DNA from: Paracoccaceae bacterium
GTDB lineage: Bacteria > Pseudomonadota > Alphaproteobacteria > Rhodobacterales > Rhodobacteraceae
Assembly (NCBI GenBank): GCA_963669315.1
Contig: OY770021.1
Span: 3,277,467-3,317,466, forward strand
Reading direction: 5' to 3'
Length of the DNA stretch: 40,000 nucleotides
Shown here: piece after piece, positions 25,541-33,295 of the stretch
Position numbering within the stretch: position 1 is the stretch's first letter
How the letters are laid out: each line of letters begins with the position of its first letter
Notes under the pieces: generated by a model
Told to the model about the DNA's origin: nothing
The model's database searches: none
Seen by the model: the letters and a program-made list of their open reading frames with translations, nothing else
Position numbers and translations under genes: made by a program

Positions 25541-25865
25541 GTTGTGCAAATCTTTTCCAATTACTGGTAGTGTTCCCCCACGACGGTCGATGAAAGCACC
25601 CTCAAATGGGCAATCGACCTGTAAGCCAGTCCAAGCGTTTGGGAGGACGTCAAGAGAATGCTGTCGCCACTGAGTTGCCTCGATGCCGCCGTGAGGGCGG
25701 ATTTCATGCGGCGGGCGGCCCCGGTTTCGCACAAGTCGAAACCATTGAGAGGTGGGGAGCCGTTCGCGCCCCGTAAATGCAACGCAGTCGCGTCGTGAAG
25801 CGAAGGGCGCTGGCCCACGCAGACGACCAGCGCTGCGGCGCGAGAAAAGGAGAATGGGATACGCC

Positions 25866-26129
25866 ATGTCTGAAAAACTAGGAGTCGATAACGCCTATTG
25901 GAAGGCGAATATTCGACTAATTACGTGGTGCCTGGTGGTCTGGGCCTTCGTTTCATTTGGTCTGGGAATTCTGTTCCGGCCGATGCTCTCGGGCATTTCG
26001 GTCGGCGGAACTGATCTCGGATTCTGGTTCGCTCAGCAGGGATCGATCTACGTCTTTCTCGCGCTGATCTTCTTCTATGCGATCCGCATGAACGCGCTCG
26101 ATAAGAAATTCGGCGCCGAAGAAGATTAA
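25866..26129 (+). CDS. DUF4212-type small membrane subunit associated with solute symporters
   Basis: 87 aa with two TM helices (IRLITWCLVVWAFVSFGLGILF, GSIYVFLALIFFYAIRM), immediately upstream of an SSF symporter as in the VC_2705-type pairs. An alternative ATG lies at 25854. Confidence 0.8.
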   Translation: MSEKLGVDNAYWKANIRLITWCLVVWAFVSFGLGILFRPMLSGISVGGTDLGFWFAQQGSIYVFLALIFFYAIRMNALDKKFGAEED

Positions 26130-26143
26130 GGGGAAAAGAAACT

Positions 26144-27919
26144 ATGGATCTTCAAACTCTTACATACATCGTTGTGGGCGCCTCCTTTGCGCTTTACATC
26201 GGTATCGCCTTCTGGGCCCGTGCGGGCACCACAGGTGAGTTCTACGCCGCCGGTCGCGGCGTTCACCCGGTCGCCAACGGCATGGCCACGGCGGCTGACT
26301 GGATGTCGGCGGCCTCGTTCATTTCGATGGCCGGCCTGATCGCGTTCCGCGGCTACGACGCCTCGGTCTTCCTGATGGGCTGGACCGGCGGTTACGTGCT
26401 GCTGGCGCTGCTGCTTGCGCCGTATCTGCGCAAGTTCGGCAAGTTCACGGTGCCTGAGTTCATCGGCGACCGGTTCTATTCCAGCACCGCGCGCATCGTG
26501 GCCGTCATCTGCCTGATCGTCGCGTCGATCACCTACGTGATCGGCCAGATGAAGGGCGTTGGCGTCGCGTTCTCGCGCTTCCTGGAGGTTGACGCAAGCA
26601 CCGGTCTGCTGATCGGCACCGGCATCGTGTTCCTCTATGCGGTGCAGGGCGGCATGAAGGGCATCACCTACACGCAGATCGCCCAGTATTGCGTGCTGAT
26701 CTTCGCCTACACGGTTCCGGCGATCTTCATCTCGCTTGAGCTGACAGGCAACATCCTGCCTCAGCTGGGTCTCTTTGGCGATCACGTCGCCAGCGGCACG
26801 CCGCTTCTGGCCAAGCTGGACGCGACCGTTCAGGAGCTTGGTTTCACCCAGTACACGGCGCAATCAGGGGGCACGCTGAATATCGTCCTCTATACGCTGT
26901 CGCTGATGATCGGCACTGCGGGTCTGCCGCACGTCATCATGCGTTTCTTCACCGTGCCTAAGGTGAAAGACGCGCGCTGGTCCGCTGGTTGGGCGCTGGT
27001 CTTCATCGCTCTGCTCTACACCACGGCGCCTGGCGTCGGCGCGATGGCTCGCCTAAACCTGACCGATACGATCTGGCCGAGTGGCCCTCAGGCTGAGGCT
27101 CTGGCCTATGACGAGCGTCCCGACTGGTTCAAGAACTGGGAGGTCACCGGCCTTCTGACGTTCGAGGACAAGAATGGCGATGGCCGCATCCAGTACTACA
27201 ACGACAAGTCCAAGAGCGAAGAGTTCAACGCTGCGGCGACCGCCGCTGGTTGGGCCGGCAACGAGCTCAAGGTCGACCGGGACATCATGGTTCTGGCCAA
27301 TCCTGAGATCGCGAAACTGCCGAACTGGGTTATCGCTCTGGTGGCTGCGGGCGGTCTTGCGGCTGCGCTCTCCACCGCTGCAGGCTTGTTGATGGCCATC
27401 TCTTCATCGGTCTCGCATGACCTTCTGAAGGGTACGTTGATGCCGGATCTGACCGAGAAGCAAGAGCTTCTGGCGGCCCGGATATCCATGGCCGTGGCGA
27501 TCTCGATCGCCGCATGGCTGGGTCTGAATCCGCCAGGCTTCGCGGCGCAAGTTGTCGCCTTGGCCTTCGGTCTGGCCGCCTCGTCGATCTTCCCGGCGCT
27601 GATGATGGGAATCTTCTCTACGAAGATCAACGACAAGGGCGCGATCGCCGGCATGCTGGCCGGTCTGCTCGCCACCCTTCTCTACATCTTCACCTTCAAG
27701 GGTTGGTTCTTCGTCCCCGGCACGAACATGCTGGACAACACCACCGCGAACCACTTCCTGGGCATTGCGCCTGAGGCGTTCGGCGCGGTCGGCGCGGCGA
27801 TCAACTTCGGTGTCGCCTACATGGTGTCCGGCGCGACCTCAGCGGTTCCGGAGAACATCCGGCACCTGGTCGAAGACATCCGCGTCCCTAAAGGGGCCGG
27901 GGCTGCGGTCGATCACTAA
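26144..27919 (+). CDS. Sodium:solute symporter family permease (cation/acetate symporter ActP-like, DUF4212-associated subfamily)
   Basis: 591-aa polytopic SSF protein (GEFYAAGRGVHPVANGMATAADWMSAASFISMAGL...) with a soluble insertion mid-protein. AAGGGGA SD before ATG 26144. Confidence 0.9.
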   Translation: MDLQTLTYIVVGASFALYIGIAFWARAGTTGEFYAAGRGVHPVANGMATAADWMSAASFISMAGLIAFRGYDASVFLMGWTGGYVLLALLLAPYLRKFGKFTVPEFIGDRFYSSTARIVAVICLIVASITYVIGQMKGVGVAFSRFLEVDASTGLLIGTGIVFLYAVQGGMKGITYTQIAQYCVLIFAYTVPAIFISLELTGNILPQLGLFGDHVASGTPLLAKLDATVQELGFTQYTAQSGGTLNIVLYTLSLMIGTAGLPHVIMRFFTVPKVKDARWSAGWALVFIALLYTTAPGVGAMARLNLTDTIWPSGPQAEALAYDERPDWFKNWEVTGLLTFEDKNGDGRIQYYNDKSKSEEFNAAATAAGWAGNELKVDRDIMVLANPEIAKLPNWVIALVAAGGLAAALSTAAGLLMAISSSVSHDLLKGTLMPDLTEKQELLAARISMAVAISIAAWLGLNPPGFAAQVVALAFGLAASSIFPALMMGIFSTKINDKGAIAGMLAGLLATLLYIFTFKGWFFVPGTNMLDNTTANHFLGIAPEAFGAVGAAINFGVAYMVSGATSAVPENIRHLVEDIRVPKGAGAAVDH

Positions 27920-27964
27920 CTGAACTGGCTTCGCCCGGGCGCGACGACCCGGGCGAGGCCCCTT

Positions 27965-28013
27965 GAGCCGCTGGGCGCTTCCCCCCTCCATCACGCCCGG
28001 CGGCTCTTTTTTT
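27965..28013 (+). terminator. Rho-independent terminator after the symporter gene
   Basis: A 13-bp stem GAGCCGCTGGGCG / CGCCCGGCGGCTC (one G-U pair) with a 16-nt loop, followed by TTTTTTT (28007-28013). It is preceded by a second 8-bp GC hairpin at 27932-27955. Confidence 0.7.
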
Positions 28014-28073
28014 CCCGTCCTGCGGACTGGCGCTAAGTTAGGTCCGCTCTTCCTCGCAGAAAGCGCCGAGGCC

Positions 28074-29912
28074 ATGGACACGAATAAGATTAAATCCTTT
28101 CTCAGCTCGCGGCATCCGTTCGACGCGTTGACCGACGCCGAGCTTGAACATGTCGCATCTCGCACAACTCGCCGGAAGATGACCAAGGGAGAAGCCTTGG
28201 TGGAATTCGGTCATATGGTACCCGGCCTCTTCGTAGTCGAGACAGGCTATGTAGAGATCACGTCGCCAGAAAATGTTCTGATTTCGGTTATCCATATCGG
28301 TGACGCGTTCGGCGAGCGCGGCCTGCTGCGCGACGGGCGCGCGCCTGTCACGGCGACCTGTCAGGAAGATGGATCGGTTCTGCTGCTGCCGCAGACCGAG
28401 TTTCACCGTCTGGTGCAGGAGTCCCGACCTTTCGCGGAATTCTTCGACCGGCGGCTGAGCCGGGCGGCCGACAAGGGCAGGGCGCGCCGAACCGCGGTTG
28501 ATCTGACGACAACCAGGCTGGCCGACATCATGACGCCCGACCCGATCACCGTGGCGGCTGACGAAACCGTTGAGAACGCCGCTCGGACCATGCGCGACAA
28601 GAATATCTCATGCCTGCTTGTCGCGAAGGACGGCGCGCTTCAGGGCATCGTCACGACAAGCGATCTGACCAGCCGGATTCTGGCGGAAGGCCGGTTCGGC
28701 GACGTTCCGGTGCGTGAGGCGATGACGCCCGATCCGAAATCGTTGAGCCCGGAGGCTGTCGGCTTCGACGCGTTCGTGTGCATGGTCGAACATGATATCG
28801 GCCATTTCCCTGTGGTTGACGATGGCGCGTTGGTCGGCATCGTCACACGGACGCAGCTATTGAAGCGGCAGGACGTCTCGGCCGCCGCGATGATGCGCGA
28901 GATCGCGCGCGAAAGCGATATCGACGCGATGGCCAAAACGGTGAAAGGGATACCGCAATTGTTGGCCCGACTCGTCGGCGGAGGCGCAGAACACTATGTC
29001 GTCACCCGCCTCATCACCGATGTGGCCGACGCGTGCACGCGACGGCTGCTGGTGCTTGCGGAACAGAAACTCGGCCCGCCGCCGGTCCCGTATCTTTGGC
29101 TTGCGTGCGGCAGCCAGGGGCGGCGGGAGCAGACCGGCGTTTCGGACCAGGACAATTGCCTGATCCTTGATGACACCGCTACGGGGGCCGACGACGCATA
29201 TTTCGCCGAGTTGGCGAGGTTCGTCTCTGACGGGCTGGACGCTTGCGGGTACTATTATTGCCCCGGCGAGATGATGGCGACGAACCCGCGCTGGCGGCGG
29301 AAACTGTCGGTCTGGCGCGAGTATTTCGCAGGCTGGATCCGCACGCCCGATCCGATGGCGCAGATGCTGGCCTCGGTCATGTTCGATCTGCGCCCGATCA
29401 GCGGTGATACGCGCCTGTTTGAAGGGCTGCACGCCGAGACGCTGGCGAATGCGCGCGGCAACTCGATCTTCGTCGCGCATATGGTCTCCAATTCGTTGAA
29501 GCATCAGCCGCCTCTGAGCCTGTTTCGAGGCGTCGCGCTGATCCGATCCGGCGAACACAAAGACAAGGTCGATATGAAGCTGAGCGGCGTCGTGCCGGTG
29601 GTCGATCTTGGCCGCATCTATGCGCTGATGGGCGAGATTGAGGAGGTCGGGACCCATGCGCGGCTGGTGGCGGCGCGTGAGAAGAGCGTGATCAGCTCTG
29701 GCGGCGGATCTGATCTGATCGACGCCTACAATGTTATCGCTGAAGCGCGATTGCGGCATCAGATGCGTCAGATTCGAGAGGGAGACGCGCCGGATAACTT
29801 CCTTGCGCCGTCATCGCTGTCTGATCTGGCGCGCGAGCATATGCGTGACGCATTCGCTGTTGTGAAATCAATGCAGGCGGCGCTGGGGCAGGGGCGACAG
29901 TCAGTGCTCTAA
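28074..29912 (+). CDS. Cyclic-nucleotide-binding plus tandem CBS plus DUF294-type nucleotidyltransferase signalling protein
   Basis: The N-terminal cNMP-binding-like domain reads FGERGLLRDGRAPVTA. A CBS pair follows (IMTPDPITV...ISCLLV, AMTPDPKSL...HFPVVD). The nucleotidyltransferase motif is ACGSQGRREQTGVSDQDNCLIL (G-S...D-x-D), followed by a helical substrate-binding-like C-terminus. ATG 28074 is chosen downstream of the terminator. Confidence 0.85.
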   Translation: MDTNKIKSFLSSRHPFDALTDAELEHVASRTTRRKMTKGEALVEFGHMVPGLFVVETGYVEITSPENVLISVIHIGDAFGERGLLRDGRAPVTATCQEDGSVLLLPQTEFHRLVQESRPFAEFFDRRLSRAADKGRARRTAVDLTTTRLADIMTPDPITVAADETVENAARTMRDKNISCLLVAKDGALQGIVTTSDLTSRILAEGRFGDVPVREAMTPDPKSLSPEAVGFDAFVCMVEHDIGHFPVVDDGALVGIVTRTQLLKRQDVSAAAMMREIARESDIDAMAKTVKGIPQLLARLVGGGAEHYVVTRLITDVADACTRRLLVLAEQKLGPPPVPYLWLACGSQGRREQTGVSDQDNCLILDDTATGADDAYFAELARFVSDGLDACGYYYCPGEMMATNPRWRRKLSVWREYFAGWIRTPDPMAQMLASVMFDLRPISGDTRLFEGLHAETLANARGNSIFVAHMVSNSLKHQPPLSLFRGVALIRSGEHKDKVDMKLSGVVPVVDLGRIYALMGEIEEVGTHARLVAAREKSVISSGGGSDLIDAYNVIAEARLRHQMRQIREGDAPDNFLAPSSLSDLAREHMRDAFAVVKSMQAALGQGRQSVL

Positions 29913-30024
29913 ACAATTCCTGCGCAGGCCCGTATGGTCAGCGCTGACGACCGTTCGCCAGACAAAGCGGCCTGAGAATCCGCGGATGGCGAAATTGAAG
30001 ACTTAGCGGCGGGGAGGTCGCGCC

Positions 30025-30531
30025 ATGTTGTTCATGCTGATCGCGACATTTGCGGCGGGAGTCGTCGGGGCGGGGGTCGCTCTGATGGGGCCGCGCCTGT
30101 TCGGCAAACGCGCGCCGCGGCATCTGCCGCCGCTGGCCGCCGGCGTCGCCATGTTCGCCTTTATGCTCTGGAACGAATACTCGTGGTTCGACCGCTCGGT
30201 GAACGCGCTGCCCGGCGACGTCAAAATCGCATGGGCCGACGAGCATTCCAGCGCACTGCAACCCTGGACCCTGATTCAACCACGGATCAATCGTTTCGCT
30301 GCGATCGACATGGGCGCGGCGCGGCGCAATCCCGGTTTCCCAGATCAGATCATGGCCGAGGTTCTGCTGGTCTCACGATTCGATGACACCGCGTCGCGAA
30401 TGCAGGTATTCGATTGCGAAGGGCGACGCCGCGCGGACGCGCCCGAGGGCGATGCGGCGGCGGATTGGAGTCCGGACTGGGTAGAGGTCGGCGACGACGA
30501 CCCGCTGTTGATGGCGGCTTGTGGAGGCTGA
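30025..30531 (+). CDS. Hypothetical membrane protein (168 aa, two N-terminal TM helices)
   Basis: GGGGAGG SD before ATG 30025. TM segments are MLFMLIATFAAGVVGAGVALMG and PLAAGVAMFAFMLW, followed by a soluble domain with no recognisable motif. Confidence 0.55.
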   Translation: MLFMLIATFAAGVVGAGVALMGPRLFGKRAPRHLPPLAAGVAMFAFMLWNEYSWFDRSVNALPGDVKIAWADEHSSALQPWTLIQPRINRFAAIDMGAARRNPGFPDQIMAEVLLVSRFDDTASRMQVFDCEGRRRADAPEGDAAADWSPDWVEVGDDDPLLMAACGG

Positions 30532-30550
30532 GGACGAAAGGAGGCGATCG

Positions 30551-30928
30551 ATGGCGAAATCGGTTCTTATCGCGGATGACGAGGCGAACATCTCGTTGGC
30601 GATCCAGTTTCTGATGAAGCGCGCGGGATATGACGTTCGGGTCGCCGCTGACGGCGAAGAGGCGCTGGATGCAGTCAGGGACTCGCCCCCCGACCTGATC
30701 GTTCTGGATGTGATGATGCCCAAGCGGGACGGCTATGACGTGTGCCAGTCCATCCGCAGCGATCCCGATCTTTCCGACATTAAAATCGTGATGGTCAGCG
30801 CCAAGGGCGGGCCAATCGAGGTGGAGAAGGGCAAGGCGCTGGGGGCGGACGACTATCTGGTCAAGCCGTTCTCGACGCAGGAGTTGGCGGATCGCGTGGC
30901 CCAGTTGCTCTCTGACGACGCGGCCTGA
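30551..30928 (+). CDS. Stand-alone response-regulator receiver (CheY-like, no output domain)
   Basis: 125 aa with [27 protein letters not shown] and LVKPF, clearly paralogous to the receiver at 23489-23872. AAAGGAGG SD. Its stop lies 2 nt before the next ATG. Confidence 0.9.
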   Translation: MAKSVLIADDEANISLAIQFLMKRAGYDVRVAADGEEALDAVRDSPPDLIVLDVMMPKRDGYDVCQSIRSDPDLSDIKIVMVSAKGGPIEVEKGKALGADDYLVKPFSTQELADRVAQLLSDDAA

Positions 30929-30930
30929 TC

Positions 30931-33075
30931 ATGTTTGAGGACTGGAGCCTCAGGCGGCGTGTCTTTCTGTTCTTCGCGTTGATCGCTTGCGGCGCTGCAA
31001 TCGCCATCGGCGCTGGCATGTGGTTCGCAGCGGCGCGGATTGGAGAGGGCGCCGGCCCCCCGCTGGTGCTTTTTGGCGGCGGGGCGGGTTTCGCAATCGT
31101 GCTGCTGACCATGTGGGTCTGGAGGATGTTCGACGAAAACGTCGCGATCCCGATTCAGGCCCTTGGCAGGCAGTTGGAGACTCAGGCCCACTCTGTCGCG
31201 GACGCGGACAAGCTGGTAACAAGGCGCGCGAAATATTTGGGACCGCTCGCCGGCGGCGCGGAAGATATCGCGAACGCTCTGTCCCGCGCCAGAGAAGAGG
31301 TGGAGGATGAGGTCGAGCGCGCGGTCGCCGAGGCGGATCGCAAGAAGGCGCAGCTTGAGGCGGTGTTGCGGGATCTTAAAAGCGGCATCCTGATCTGCAC
31401 GCTGGATCATCGCATCCTTCTCTACAATCTGGAGGCCCTTAAGCTGCTGCATGTGTCGGGCGAGTTGGGGCTGGGCCGCAGATTCACATCGCTCGTTACG
31501 GAACAGCCGATGCTTCACGCTCTCGAACGGCTGATGAACAGGTTCAAAACCCGCCGATATAAGACCCACCGCGATGGCTTGGGCGTGGGTGTCGTGTGCG
31601 CTACGCGGGATGACGGTCGGACGCTGCAGGGAAGGGTCAGCTTGGTGCTGGACGCCGCCGAAACCGCGGTTGAAGGCTATGTCGTGACTCTCGACGATGT
31701 CACGAAAACCATTGCGGCGCATACGGCGCGCGACCATCTATTGTCAGATGCACTGGATGGCGTGAGGCGACCTGTCGCCAATTTGCGCGCGTCGGTCGAG
31801 ATGATGGCGCAACTCACAGCGGATGATGGCGATGCGCGAGAGATGTTCGAGAAAGTTCTGGCGGACGAGTCCTTAACTTTGTCGAGGCGGATTGAGGCGT
31901 TGGCCGCGCGTCAAAGAGAATTGCGCGTCGGTGGTTTTCCGATGGAGGATGCGTACTCCTCAACGCTGTTCACCTGCGTGCAAGAGCGGCTGCGCGACGA
32001 TGCCGCCGTTAAGCTCGAGCCAGAGGGGCCGCCATGTTGGGTGCATTGCGAAAGCCTGACGGTGGTGGAGCTGCTGGCTGGCGCGGCGGCGCTGGTCGCT
32101 TCCTTGGCGGAGGAAACGGATGGCGCGGCCCCCTGGCTGAGTATGAGAGCCGGCGCCACCGATGCGCGCGTCTATTTCGATCTGCTTTGGTCCGGACAGC
32201 CTTTGCCGATGTCGCGGATCGAAAACTGGCTGGATGAGCCTTTGGCCGACAGCCTCGGCGGCCTGACCGCGAGGGATGTGCTGGCCCGGCACCGCACAGA
32301 GTTCTGGTCGGATCATGAACAGGATGGCCGTGCGCGGCTGCGTCTACCGTTGTCGCTGGCGGTCGAGGATCATGAGGGCGCCCCGGCCATGCCTCTGCCG
32401 GCGCGGCCCGAGTTCTATGACTTCGATCTTCTGGGGGCGGAGACTCCCTCAGATCTGGCTGACACGCCTCTAAAAGAGCTGACATTCGTAGTTTTCGACA
32501 CCGAGACCACCGGGCTCGACCCGTCAGGCGGTGATGAAATCGTGCAGATCGCCGGGCTTCGGGCGGTCAATGGGCGGATCATGCGTGGCGAGGTGTTTGA
32601 CGAGCTGGTCAATCCCGGCCGACGCATTCCCGCTGCATCGACTCGGGTGCATCGCATCACCGATCAGATGGTCGCCAAGGAGGATCGGATAGAGCAGGTC
32701 CTGCCTCGTTTTCACAACTACGCCGCGGATTCAGTGCTGATCGCGCACAATGCGGCATTCGACATGAAGTTCTTGCGTCTGAAAGAGTCGCGTTGCGGAC
32801 TGCGCTTCGAAAACCCGGTGCTCGATACCGTTCTTCTGTCCGCGTTTCTGTTCGATCAGATAGGCGAACATACGCTGGATGCTTTGGCCGAACGATTCGG
32901 AATTCGCATCCCCGAAGACGAGAGGCACACGGCGCTGGGCGACTCTCTGGCGACCGGGCAGGCGTTTTTGCATATGCTGGATCCGCTGACGGCGCGGGGA
33001 ATTGAAACGCTGGGTCAGGCGCAGGACGCGTCCGCCAAAATGTCGGCGATCCGGCGGCGTCAGGCGCAGTATTAG
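30931..33075 (+). CDS. Membrane-anchored sensor (2 TM, PAS-like, degenerate histidine-kinase-like core) fused to a DnaQ/epsilon-type DEDDh 3'-5' exonuclease
   Basis: It has two N-terminal TM helices and a PAS-like segment ([22 protein letters not shown]...). A DHp-like helix [22 protein letters not shown] has Asp where the H-box His is expected. The following region, about 130 aa long, has no N or G boxes. The exonuclease motifs are [25 protein letters not shown] and [12 protein letters not shown]. Confidence 0.85.
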   Translation: MFEDWSLRRRVFLFFALIACGAAIAIGAGMWFAAARIGEGAGPPLVLFGGGAGFAIVLLTMWVWRMFDENVAIPIQALGRQLETQAHSVADADKLVTRRAKYLGPLAGGAEDIANALSRAREEVEDEVERAVAEADRKKAQLEAVLRDLKSGILICTLDHRILLYNLEALKLLHVSGELGLGRRFTSLVTEQPMLHALERLMNRFKTRRYKTHRDGLGVGVVCATRDDGRTLQGRVSLVLDAAETAVEGYVVTLDDVTKTIAAHTARDHLLSDALDGVRRPVANLRASVEMMAQLTADDGDAREMFEKVLADESLTLSRRIEALAARQRELRVGGFPMEDAYSSTLFTCVQERLRDDAAVKLEPEGPPCWVHCESLTVVELLAGAAALVASLAEETDGAAPWLSMRAGATDARVYFDLLWSGQPLPMSRIENWLDEPLADSLGGLTARDVLARHRTEFWSDHEQDGRARLRLPLSLAVEDHEGAPAMPLPARPEFYDFDLLGAETPSDLADTPLKELTFVVFDTETTGLDPSGGDEIVQIAGLRAVNGRIMRGEVFDELVNPGRRIPAASTRVHRITDQMVAKEDRIEQVLPRFHNYAADSVLIAHNAAFDMKFLRLKESRCGLRFENPVLDTVLLSAFLFDQIGEHTLDALAERFGIRIPEDERHTALGDSLATGQAFLHMLDPLTARGIETLGQAQDASAKMSAIRRRQAQY

Positions 33076-33295
33076 CCTAGTATTAAAGGGCGAAACGGAA
33101 TCCTGGAAAAAGCCTGAGGCGATTCGCAGAAGCGGTTTCACTCGGCAAAATTGTGAAACGTCTGGGCGCTCCGTCTGGGTCGTAATTCTAGCACCTCAAG
33201 AAAAGTTCATCTTTGACCGCAACAAGTTCTGGCAAAATTTGACGCCAATTGTGAAATTCTGGTATCTTGAATCCAGTTTTGTAGGGAGTTGGGGC

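Noticed and set aside
28857-29759. 300-aa minus-strand ORF inside the DUF294 gene, and 30853-31737 (294 aa) inside the pseudo-kinase-exonuclease gene
   Set aside because: These are Arg-rich antisense shadows. The opposite frames carry the nucleotidyltransferase and PAS/exonuclease motifs.
29937-29948. Perfect 12-bp palindrome GTCAGCGCTGAC just after the DUF294 gene
   Set aside because: It is short, loop-less and GC-rich, so it is expected by chance at some rate in such a genome. No T-tract or repeat partner was seen.
33002-33295. N-terminal extensions offered by the ORF track (TadG-like from 33002, DUF294 protein from 27963, DctM from 3721, DUF4212 from 25752)
   Set aside because: The extensions run through AT-rich intergenic DNA, a terminator or the upstream gene, and encode Arg-rich junk. 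Internal ATGs with SD sequences give N-termini typical of each family.
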